From Candidatus Sulfotelmatobacter sp. (GTDB lineage: Bacteria; Verrucomicrobiota; Verrucomicrobiia; Limisphaerales; UBA11358): DNA of 64,000 nt. The DNA lies in NCBI GenBank assembly GCA_035503455.1, contig DATJTK010000170.1, forward strand, positions 65,383 to 129,382, in the 5' to 3' direction. Made by a program: the position numbers and the translations under genes. This document shows positions 35,459-44,200 of this stretch, piece by piece. The first letter of the stretch is position 1; each line of letters opens with the position of its first letter. The notes below the pieces were generated by a model. That model was not told the origin of the DNA and did not search any database. It worked only from the letters and a program-made list of their open reading frames with translations.

Positions 35459-35491
35459 GACGGCGCGAATGAAAATTCGCGCCGTTTTTTG
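35459..35491 (+). terminator. Rho-independent terminator ending the ribosomal-protein block after rplX
   Basis: ACGGCGCGAAT-gaaa-ATTCGCGCCGT perfect stem followed by TTTTT. Confidence 0.8.
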
Positions 35492-35614
35492 TTGGCAACT
35501 GGTGGCGGACGGCGCGCTGCGCCGTCCAGTGCCGCGTGCCGCGGCACAACAAACGCGTTCATCTATGCGAAGGCCGCGAGAAGGCGCGAAGTTTTGCGGT
35601 AAAAAGAGATTTGC

Positions 35615-35947
35615 TCAGCATCTTGGGACAAAGACAAGCACTTCATCTTCAGTATAAGTGGTTAGTGCCTTGCGCACATTATGTCCCGGCGGAACGAAAA
35701 GGACCCTGTCACGGCGGTTCTCATCGGGTGGCTTTTGGATAACACGCAAATAGTTGCCTTCAAAAATGATATCCGCATCGGCCCCGCGCAAATCTGCGAG
35801 TTTGAACTTGAATATAATGCCGTCCTCTCGTCTGACAATATCAACGTTGATCTCCCTGGGCATGTGGATGGTATCGATCAAATCTTTACAGCCCTCAGGC
35901 AAGAGATAATGGCGGTGGCTGTAACTGTAATCCATGGTTTGCAACAA
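35615..35947 (-). CDS. Hypothetical protein (weak Hsp20/alpha-crystallin-like pattern)
   Basis: The 110-aa ORF has ...INVDIVRREDGIIFKFKLADLRGADADIIFEGNYLRV...EDEVLVFVPR, which loosely follows the ACD beta-sandwich pattern. Assignment is tentative. Confidence 0.45.
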   Translation of the reverse strand: MLQTMDYSYSHRHYLLPEGCKDLIDTIHMPREINVDIVRREDGIIFKFKLADLRGADADIIFEGNYLRVIQKPPDENRRDRVLFVPPGHNVRKALTTYTEDEVLVFVPRC

Positions 35948-36080
35948 TAGTCCTCGAATGCTGACCTGTCAAAGGGGCTTGATTTTTGCCGGGCCCACAA
36001 ACAGTTTTTAGCAGCCGTAAAGAACGCAGCCGTTTATGCCGAATTCCAACCTGTTCCTCGCGCAGCCGACTTTTTCCTTT

Positions 36081-37046
36081 TTAATTTTTAATTTCCCCAG
36101 CCACCTGATCTCCCAACTGTACCGCCTCCGCTACAGGCCCCTTGAGTTCGGCGCGCTTCGCCGTTCCATCGCGGAATGAAACTGCGCGTATGACAATTTG
36201 ATTGCCCGTCACCTCCGCGTGGGCGGCCACAGGGCTTTGGCAGCCGCCGCCCATGGCGCTCAAAAAGGCGCGTTCGGCGGAAGTGGATTGAAATGTATTG
36301 TAATCGTTCAGGCGCTCGCAGATTTGGGCCAACCGCTTATCGCCCGATCGGATTTCAATTCCAATGGCGCCCTGGCCCACGCACGGGAGCATCACGTCCA
36401 AATCCAAAACGGTTGCCAATAGACCGTCCGGTACGGTGTTGCCGGTCAGGGCTCCGTTCGATTGAATTTTGAAATTGAGCCGCGATAAACCGGCGAGGGC
36501 CACGACCGTGGCGTCCAGTTCCGGACGCTCTGCCACCTTTTGCAATCGCGTGGGAACATTCCCTCGAATTTCGACAATTTTGAAATCGGGCCGCGCGCCA
36601 AGAAGCTGCATTTTGCGGCGCGTGCTGCTGGTCGCGATAGTTGAGCCGTCTGGAAAATCCTTGAGCGACGTGCCGGATTTAAAGCCGCGAATCTTCTTTT
36701 GGCCGGCCGGCCGATACACCAAAACGTCCCGCACGTCCTCGCGTTTTGGGGTCGCCGCCAGCGTGAGCCCATCCGGGATATCCGTCGGCAAATCTTTGAG
36801 GCTATGGACCGCCATATCTGCCTTGCCCTTTATCAGCGCCACTTCCAATTCCTTTGTAAAAAGACCTTTGGGAAGGCCGCCTTCAACCAGCGACGATTTC
36901 TGCATTTTGTCGCCGGTCGTTTTGATGATCTTTAGCTCAAAACGAAGCCGCGGAAAAATTTCCCGGCATTGCCCGGCGATGAGATTTGCCTGAGCCAGAG
37001 CCAGTGCGCTGCCGCGCGTGGCGATCACGATGGGAGAGTCGTGCAT
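36081..37046 (-). CDS. hemC: Hydroxymethylbilane synthase (porphobilinogen deaminase)
   Basis: IVIATRGSALALAQA...KTTGDK...; cofactor Cys in GGCQSPVAAHA. ATG 37046 preferred over 37103. Confidence 0.95.
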   Translation of the reverse strand: MHDSPIVIATRGSALALAQANLIAGQCREIFPRLRFELKIIKTTGDKMQKSSLVEGGLPKGLFTKELEVALIKGKADMAVHSLKDLPTDIPDGLTLAATPKREDVRDVLVYRPAGQKKIRGFKSGTSLKDFPDGSTIATSSTRRKMQLLGARPDFKIVEIRGNVPTRLQKVAERPELDATVVALAGLSRLNFKIQSNGALTGNTVPDGLLATVLDLDVMLPCVGQGAIGIEIRSGDKRLAQICERLNDYNTFQSTSAERAFLSAMGGGCQSPVAAHAEVTGNQIVIRAVSFRDGTAKRAELKGPVAEAVQLGDQVAGEIKN

Positions 37047-37051
37047 GCGTG

Positions 37052-38113
37052 TTACGTGGCGCGTGGCACACCTTGAGGGGTTGATCCAATCCGCATTCCG
37101 CATTCCGCATTCCGCAATTGGCTCACCTTCTGATCAATAATCCCTTCGCAAACCCGAATCTCCTCCTTGCGCTGTTTTAAGTAGTCGTCAGCAATGGCCT
37201 GAAGGTCGTCAATGTTATACAGATAAACGTTATCGAGAAAGTTGACCGCAGGGTCGATGTCACGGGGAACAGCGATGTCGATGAGCAGCAACGGACGGTG
37301 TTTGCGCAGCTTCATCAGCGGCTCCAGTTTGGCGCGATCCAGAATGTATCCCGGCGCCGACGTGCTGCTGATGGCGATATCAATATTTCCAAATTCGCCC
37401 GCCCAATCTTCAAATCGAACGGCGCGCCCGCTAAATTCCTCTGCCAGCAGTTCGGCGCGTTCGAGGGAACGTCCGGCAATGACGATCTTTTTGACGCCGC
37501 GCGAAACCAGGGCGCGTGCCACTTTTTCACTCATTTCACCCGAGCCAATGACCAGCACTTGGCGTTCAGCCAGCGAACTGAAAATCTTTTGCGCCAGTTC
37601 CACGGCCACCGACGCCACAGAAACGCTGCCGCGCTGAATGTTGGTGTGGGTGCGAATGTGTTTGGCCACGTTAAAGGCCCGCTGAAACGCTTTGTTCAAA
37701 CGCGCGCCGGTATGCTTGTGGCTATGGGCGAGCGTGTAGGCGTCCTTGAGCTGGCCGAGAATCTCGGTTTCTCCCAACACCATGGAATCCAGGCCGCACG
37801 CGACTTTGAACAGATGCCGCAGGCTGTGCGGCTCGGCCAGTGTGTAAATGGCTTTCGGCCCCGGAGCAAAGCCGGCGCCAACGGCCCGGACCAAAAAATG
37901 CGTCAACTCGGAAAACGCTTTCGCCGGCAGAAGCGCCGTGGCTGCGTAAATCTCCACACGGTTGCACGTCGAAAGGATGACGCTTTCCGAAGCGAGACCC
38001 GAATCCCGCAATTGATTCAGGGCGGCCGGAATTTTAGATTCGGCAAAGGCGAACCGTTCCCGCAATTCCACGGGCGATGTGTGGTGGCTCAGGCCGATGA
38101 CGACGACATTCAT
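37052..38113 (-). CDS. hemA: Glutamyl-tRNA reductase
   Basis: MNVVVIGLSHHTSPVELRERFAF...LSTCNRVEIY (active-site Cys)...VLVIGSGEMS NADPH motif. ATG 38113 overlaps the upstream stop (ATGA). The 3' end runs through a 7-bp tandem repeat. Confidence 0.93.
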   Translation of the reverse strand: MNVVVIGLSHHTSPVELRERFAFAESKIPAALNQLRDSGLASESVILSTCNRVEIYAATALLPAKAFSELTHFLVRAVGAGFAPGPKAIYTLAEPHSLRHLFKVACGLDSMVLGETEILGQLKDAYTLAHSHKHTGARLNKAFQRAFNVAKHIRTHTNIQRGSVSVASVAVELAQKIFSSLAERQVLVIGSGEMSEKVARALVSRGVKKIVIAGRSLERAELLAEEFSGRAVRFEDWAGEFGNIDIAISSTSAPGYILDRAKLEPLMKLRKHRPLLLIDIAVPRDIDPAVNFLDNVYLYNIDDLQAIADDYLKQRKEEIRVCEGIIDQKVSQLRNAECGMRIGSTPQGVPRAT

Positions 38114-38934
38114 GGATGATGGACTTGCGAGAGCAATAGAAATCCCCAAAACGTGAGCATGATAAAGGCGAAACTGGCGGCCGTACTCCACGCGAACCGC
38201 CGGCCGCCCTGCCCGAATTTCCAGCGCGAAATCAAAAGCCCAAGGTAAAACAGCCAGATGAAAATGGAATAATCCAGCAACGGATCATTTTTAAACCAGA
38301 CACCGTATTTTTGCCTGACCAGAAACGGGCTGATAGCCAGGCCGGCCGTAAACAAAAACACGCCGCAGACGAGAAGGCTGTTCATGACCCGTTCGAGACG
38401 TTGAATGGGGGGCAGCAGGGAGAAAGCGGCACGAAGCTTATGGACCTTTAGATCATGTTCCTCCGTCAAAAACATAAGGGCAGCAACCGCGCTCAGGCCA
38501 AAGGCGCCGATGGCCAGGAGGATGAGCGCTGCGTGAAGACTGATAAGCGTGCCCGAAAAATCCGGCGTGGAACTGCGGGGGGGATCCAGCGCGGGCATCA
38601 GCGCAAAAACACCCATAAAAAACAGCAGGTGCGACGCAAATACTCCCAGGAACCGGAGCCTGTGAAAGAGGCCAAAAATCAGGTACGATGCGGCAATCGT
38701 CCAGGCAATGAACAATGTGGCTTCAAACAGGTTGTTGACGGGACAGGCGCTAATCGAAAAACCGCGTTCAATCATGGCCGTGGTGTGCAGGGCAAACGCC
38801 GCCAGAATGAGAAAATAATTTGCGCGGTCATCCTTGCGAAAGCCCTTTCGCCAGAGGAAAACCGAATACATGGAACTCAAACCGTAAACGATCACGGCGA
38901 GCAGAAAGAAATGACGGTCGGTGAACCAAGTCAC
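38110..38934 (-). CDS. CcsA/HemX-like cytochrome c assembly family membrane protein
   Basis: About 8 TM helices, in the position immediately upstream of hemA as in hemAX-type operons. GTG 38934 (MTWFTDRHFFLL) begins 1 nt after the sulfotransferase stop. The ORF-track start 39198 would overlap that gene. Confidence 0.65.
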   Translation of the reverse strand: MTWFTDRHFFLLAVIVYGLSSMYSVFLWRKGFRKDDRANYFLILAAFALHTTAMIERGFSISACPVNNLFEATLFIAWTIAASYLIFGLFHRLRFLGVFASHLLFFMGVFALMPALDPPRSSTPDFSGTLISLHAALILLAIGAFGLSAVAALMFLTEEHDLKVHKLRAAFSLLPPIQRLERVMNSLLVCGVFLFTAGLAISPFLVRQKYGVWFKNDPLLDYSIFIWLFYLGLLISRWKFGQGGRRFAWSTAASFAFIMLTFWGFLLLSQVHHP

Positions 38935-38935
38935 C

Positions 38936-39841
38936 CTAACAGGGTAATTGAGAAAGATGCCCCTGCAAGCGGCAATTCTCGGCAGAGGGACGGGCCACGT
39001 TGCGGCCGGGATTGTTGAACAGGGCGCTCCAATGGCAGTCGCAATAGGGCTTCTTCCGGAATATTTGCAAATAACGCTCCGGCATCCGCTCCAGGACAAA
39101 CTTCGATTCGCTGTCCGTTCCGGCAGGCGCCATGAAATAGCCGATACTCCTGTTTTTGCGGCCGCCAACCATGATTTCCTGTTGTTTGGTCTGCACACCG
39201 AGAAAGTCGAACATGCCGCGGATTTTTGCCTTGTCGTTCAGATCATGAGGGGAATGCAGCGTAAAACAACGGTCGCGCAGGCCGTTTGCCTCCAGGAAAT
39301 CCATGGCCCGGTTTTCAATTTCCACCCATTGGATCAAATACCATTGGAACAACGTCAATGGTTCACCGGCAAAATGTTGGAAAATCTGTTCATTGCCCGT
39401 CAGTGCCCAGGCGAAATGCCGTTTGCCGTCGTCGCCCCGATAAAAATGGAACGGCGCGTGAACCCGGCGCCGCCAGAATTCGCGGTACGCCTCGCTGGCA
39501 GCCACTTTGAGTGGGTCGCGGACAAGATGAACCAGCCGCAGGTCTGGAAAGAAATCCAACGCCGCGACCCGGCTCGATTTCAAAAATGCGTGGCTCGACT
39601 CAATATAGGTCGAGGCGGCGAGTTTTTGAATATAGCGGCGTTTTTTCTCCAGGCGCGCGCGGATTTTTCCGAAACGCCCGGCGAAAGCGTCGTAAATGGC
39701 CGGGCCGAACATCGTAGGATTGCCGATGTCGAAAAACGTTTCGTGCCGGCAATCGCAATCTACGGCGTTCAGGCGGAAGAGATTGCGGAGATAAAGCGTT
39801 CCAGAGCGGGCTTCGGCGAGCGTGAAAATGACTTTTTTCAT
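38936..39841 (-). CDS. Sulfotransferase-family protein
   Basis: PAPS 5'-phosphosulfate loop-like EARSGTLYL and 3'-phosphate motif-like LVHLVRDPLKVAAS. ATG 39841 (MKKVIFTL) overlaps the GNAT stop. Confidence 0.65.
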   Translation of the reverse strand: MKKVIFTLAEARSGTLYLRNLFRLNAVDCDCRHETFFDIGNPTMFGPAIYDAFAGRFGKIRARLEKKRRYIQKLAASTYIESSHAFLKSSRVAALDFFPDLRLVHLVRDPLKVAASEAYREFWRRRVHAPFHFYRGDDGKRHFAWALTGNEQIFQHFAGEPLTLFQWYLIQWVEIENRAMDFLEANGLRDRCFTLHSPHDLNDKAKIRGMFDFLGVQTKQQEIMVGGRKNRSIGYFMAPAGTDSESKFVLERMPERYLQIFRKKPYCDCHWSALFNNPGRNVARPSAENCRLQGHLSQLPC

Positions 39842-40698
39842 GCCACTTTTCTGTGCACACACACGATTTCAACCGGTTCACTGATTTCAGGTTGGAAAAT
39901 CGTGGTCGCCTTCCGGTCGAAAACAGAAAAGCCCAATTTAGAATAAACAGCTTCCGGCCGCCGCCTGGGGCGGGAGAAAAATGCGCCGTAACAGGTCCGG
40001 ATGCCTGATGTTTCCAATTGTTGCTCAAAGGCTTGCCACAGCCGAAGGCCCAGCCCGCGGCCGCGGTGCGATTTCTCGACATTCAAGTGCAGATGGGCAG
40101 CGTTTTCAGGATGCTTGGGCTGTTCGCGGTAGCCACTGGTCAGGAGCCAGCGAATGAAATGGCGGCTGCGCGGATGGCCCGCGTAGCAGCCGGTTGCCGC
40201 GCGCTTGATCATCTTCACCGTCGTTTGAAACCCCGAATACATGAGGGTGTAATTGAACGAAGCGGAAATCGAGCCGAGCAAATATCCGACGACTTTCCCC
40301 CCATCTTCAGCCACCCACGCCCAGTTCGGGCCATAGTCCAGATACGGATTAGTGAACAAATCCGCGAAAATCTCGCGATCGCTGAAAATCGTTTCTATCG
40401 GGTTGCCCAAAAAACCGGTGTCGCAGCAGATTTGGCGTATGGCTTCGCGGTCCTCGGGCTTGTAGTGACGGACAACGACATGATCCCGGTCGTGACTGGC
40501 TCCGTTGCCGTTGGCGTGGACGGCTCCATTGCCGTTGATGGGATGAGCGCCGTTCCCATTTATGTGGACGCCGCCGCCATTGACGGCGTGCGCATCATTT
40601 CCGTTGATGCGCGTTGCGCCGTTGCCGTTAAGAAAGTTTTCCTTGAACATTTGTTCATTTTGTCCGTCATGTCCTTCAACCACAAGCAAACTGGTCAT
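39838..40698 (-). CDS. GNAT-family N-acetyltransferase with N-terminal Asn/Gly/His-rich repeat region
   Basis: C-terminal GNAT core (VAEDGGKVVGYLLG...HLHLNVEKSHRGRGLGLRLWQAFE...). N-terminal NGNGATRINGNDAHAVNGGGVHINGNGAHPINGNGAVHANGNGASHD. Confidence 0.8.
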   Translation of the reverse strand: MTSLLVVEGHDGQNEQMFKENFLNGNGATRINGNDAHAVNGGGVHINGNGAHPINGNGAVHANGNGASHDRDHVVVRHYKPEDREAIRQICCDTGFLGNPIETIFSDREIFADLFTNPYLDYGPNWAWVAEDGGKVVGYLLGSISASFNYTLMYSGFQTTVKMIKRAATGCYAGHPRSRHFIRWLLTSGYREQPKHPENAAHLHLNVEKSHRGRGLGLRLWQAFEQQLETSGIRTCYGAFFSRPRRRPEAVYSKLGFSVFDRKATTIFQPEISEPVEIVCVHRKVA

Positions 40699-40868
40699 CG
40701 TTCCTCCATTTTCAGTTGAGCCAAAGCCGGCTGTGATAATGAAACATCGCCTATTTCCGGATTTACGCCAGTGACAATGTTATAAAATTTCTTATTTTGG
40801 CGGACCTGTCGGTTTTTTGAAAAGGGCGTGACATCCCGCTTCGTCCTGCTATATTTAGAATTTCTGAC

Positions 40869-40943
40869 GACCCTATCGTCTAGCGGTTAGGACACCACCC
40901 TTTCACGGTGGCGGCCCGGGTTCAAGTCCCGGTAGGGTCGCCA
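40869..40943 (+). tRNA. tRNA-Glu (anticodon UUC)
   Basis: Cloverleaf read by hand: acceptor GACCCTA/TAGGGTC, anticodon loop CTTTCAC, T-arm CCGGG-TTCAAGT-CCCGG, encoded CCA. Close to E. coli tRNA-Glu in the D and anticodon arms. Confidence 0.95.
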
Positions 40944-41290
40944 ATTTTATGACTGCTGGTTATTTACGATCCAGGTTGCGTAACCTATCGCCGAATTTCC
41001 TTTATAGAATAGAAAATGATCAATCTTGTAAATTTTATGACAACCGCTGGTTCGTTAACCGCAGCTATTGTCCGACCTAATTTGTATTGAAACCATTTCC
41101 AATTCATATAGGTATGGTCACGGCGTCGTTTTTTGCGCAATTCATCGTGATTCGTGGAGCCAGGATCCCTGAATTGAAAATCGTAAATTGAAATGAATTA
41201 TACCGTTATTTTTATTAAGGCAAAAGCGATTTTGTTGTATTTACGCTCGCTTTTTGAAAACGCTTGTGTAATAATGACCAGAACAGTAAA

Positions 41291-44200
41291 ATGAGGCGCA
41301 CGTTCATATGGTTTATTGTCCTGCTTATCGCGGCAGGCGTGGTTTTTTTCGTGCGCCAGGACCATAATTCAAAAAACCCTGCCAGTACTCAATCCGCCGT
41401 TCGTTCCCAATCTTCGGCCAATGCCACGGCATCAGCCGCCGCTGCAAAATCGGCAGCGGCTTCGGCCATTACCAATAAGGCTGGCAATAAGTTTGCCTGG
41501 CGTTTGAAGAACACGGACAAACCGCTGAGCCAGCTCATTGATGATCCTCGGGCGATTCTGCTGGAAAATGCGTTTATTGAAACCGGCTCGAAATTAAATC
41601 TGGCGATACCGAAGAACCTGCAATCACCGGGCGACCCTGGAGCGTATGTGGTGCAGGCGCGTGGGCCAATCAGCGCGGCGTTTCGGTCGGTTTTGGCTGG
41701 GGCGGGGGCAACCATCGTCTCTTACATACCCAACAACGCGTATCTGGTTCGAGCCTCGGAAGGGGTGGCTGATGCGCTGGCTGCCAATCCGCTGGTGCAG
41801 GCGGTGATACCGTACGAGCCGTATTATAAAGTGCAGGAGCAGCTATTGGCGCAGGCGCAGCAACCGTTGCCCGCGGACGTTCAGTTAAACCTGGGGCTTT
41901 TCGCCGATGATGCAGCCGACACGGTCCAACAAATCCAGAAAATGGGGGGGATCATTTTGTCGGAAGAAAACTCCGCGGCGGGATATCCGATTGTTAAGGT
42001 CGAGCCGCCGGCAGATTGGACGGCCATTGCGGGGCTGCCCGGGGTGCATATAGTTGAGCCCTATTATCGGCGGACCCTGGCCAACGACCTTGCGCGAGCG
42101 CAAATGCAAATATCGGCTGACGGGATAACGACAACCAACTATGACAATCTGTACGGTTCAAACGTGATCGTCGAGGTCGATGACACGGGCATAGACACCA
42201 ACCATCCGGATTTCAGCAACAATCACGCTAAATATCGGGTTTTTTATACGGACCCGAACATGGGGACCGATACCAATGGGCATGGGACGCACGTGGCGGG
42301 CATCATCGCCGGGGACGGATTTGAATCAACCACCGTGACCAATGCGTACGGCTCGCCGATGCCAGGAAGTCCGCAGCAATTTCGGGGGAAAGCGCCGATG
42401 GCGGAGATGCTGTCGATGAACTATCTGGATGCGGACCAGGACCTGCAGGCTGCGGCGGCCCAAACCAACGCGCTGATCTCCAACAACAGTTGGGTCAACG
42501 GCGACGCCGATTACGATCTTGAGGCAGCCAGCTACGATGCAGCGACGCGAGATGCGTTGCCGTTTGTGACTGGGTCGCAGCCGGTGCTGTTTGTTTTTCC
42601 ATCGGGCGACAGCGGGAGCGTGGCCGACAGCATCCAATCGCCTGGGACAGCCAAGGACGTGATCACCGTAGGCGCGTTGGAGGAGGGCCGATACATCACC
42701 AATTTAGTGACCGATGCCAGCAGCAATGTAACTGAAGAGTGGTTTCCGGAAACGGATGATTCCAACGCGGTGTGGAATACGTCGCCGTTCGAAAACGTGG
42801 CATCGGGGGACGGCAATGTGGGGATCGGGACTGAAGGCACGTATGGCCGGTTCAAGCCGGACCTTGTGGCCCCCGGCACGTTTGTGATTTCGTGCCGATC
42901 GGAACAATGGGACACCAATGCATATTACAATCCCACCAACAATGACATTCACGTATTTGCGGATTTAATCCCCACCAATTCGGTCAGCACCTCGCCGTTC
43001 CAGTTTCTTGTGCCCGGCAATGCCGTTGAGGTTATTTTCTCTGTGGCAACCAATGCCAGTTCGCCGGCGGTGCTGCCGGTGATGCCCATCTATCTTGAGA
43101 CCAATTCGGCGGGATATGGCCTTATTGGAAGCAATAATGCCGTCGTTGGACCCACTCCTCCGGTGCTCAACGAAGACTGGTCGGTGGTGGTGAGCAATAC
43201 GACCGCGTCTCCGCTGGCCTATGATTTGATTGTGGACGTGCAAACGACCAATAATTACGGGAACTATTACACGGTGCTGCAGAACATGAACGACAGCCTG
43301 GGACCCCCCATAAATTACTACCGCTACGAGACCGGCACGAGCATGTCAGCGCCGGCGGTTTCTGGATTTCTTGCGCTGTTGCAGGATTATTTTACCAATC
43401 AATATACGCCAGCGTTAATCCCGAGCCCGGCGTTGCTGAAAGGGTTGGCCATCAACGGCGCGCTGACAACCGAACCGCAATATTATCCGCAGATCAACGG
43501 CTCGATCAATTACGAAGGGTGGGGTCTGCCCACGCTTCCCAACACGATAGTCCCGGGCATCACCAACGTGCTGAACGTTCCCTGCTCGACGTTTTTCCGG
43601 GACCAAAGCCTCTCCAACGCGCTGGCCACGGGCGAGAGCGAAACATTTATCGTGAACATGAACTCCAATGACTTTGGCAACTATTTGCCATTGCATGTGA
43701 CGCTGGCATGGACGGACCCGCCGGGCGATCCGGCGGCGGCGATTAAACTGGTCAACAGCCTGGAACTGGTGGTGACGGACCTGGACAACCCGGGCATCGT
43801 GTATTACGGAAACGACATTGGGGCCGGCGGCTTTAACAACGTCGAGAGCGCCACCAACCCGCCGATCATCGATGCGATCAACAACGTCCAAAACATCAAT
43901 ATCAATCCCTACCCGCCGCGCGGGACGCCCGACTCGGATTATTCCATCACCGTTATTGGCAATCGTGTGAACGCCAATGCGGTGAGCGAGCAGACAAACG
44001 ATATCGTCCAGGATTACGCGCTGGTGGTTTCGGCCGGCAACATCGACGTGGGCCAAATGAGCAATGCCATCGAGAATGTGAGCGATGAGGGCGTCGTTGC
44101 CAATCCTACCGGCGACCAATTAATCACCCAGGCACAGACCAACACGATATTGCTCAACCAGACCGTTGGCGCCAACACACCGCTGATGGGGACCAATACC

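Noticed and set aside
38935-39198. ORF-track start 39198 for the ccsA-like gene, and start 23492 for the HEAT gene.
   Set aside because: Both would overlap neighbouring genes by 260 nt and 36 nt respectively with non-homologous sequence. The internal starts GTG 38934 and ATG 23642 fit the gene junctions and begin with hydrophobic anchors.
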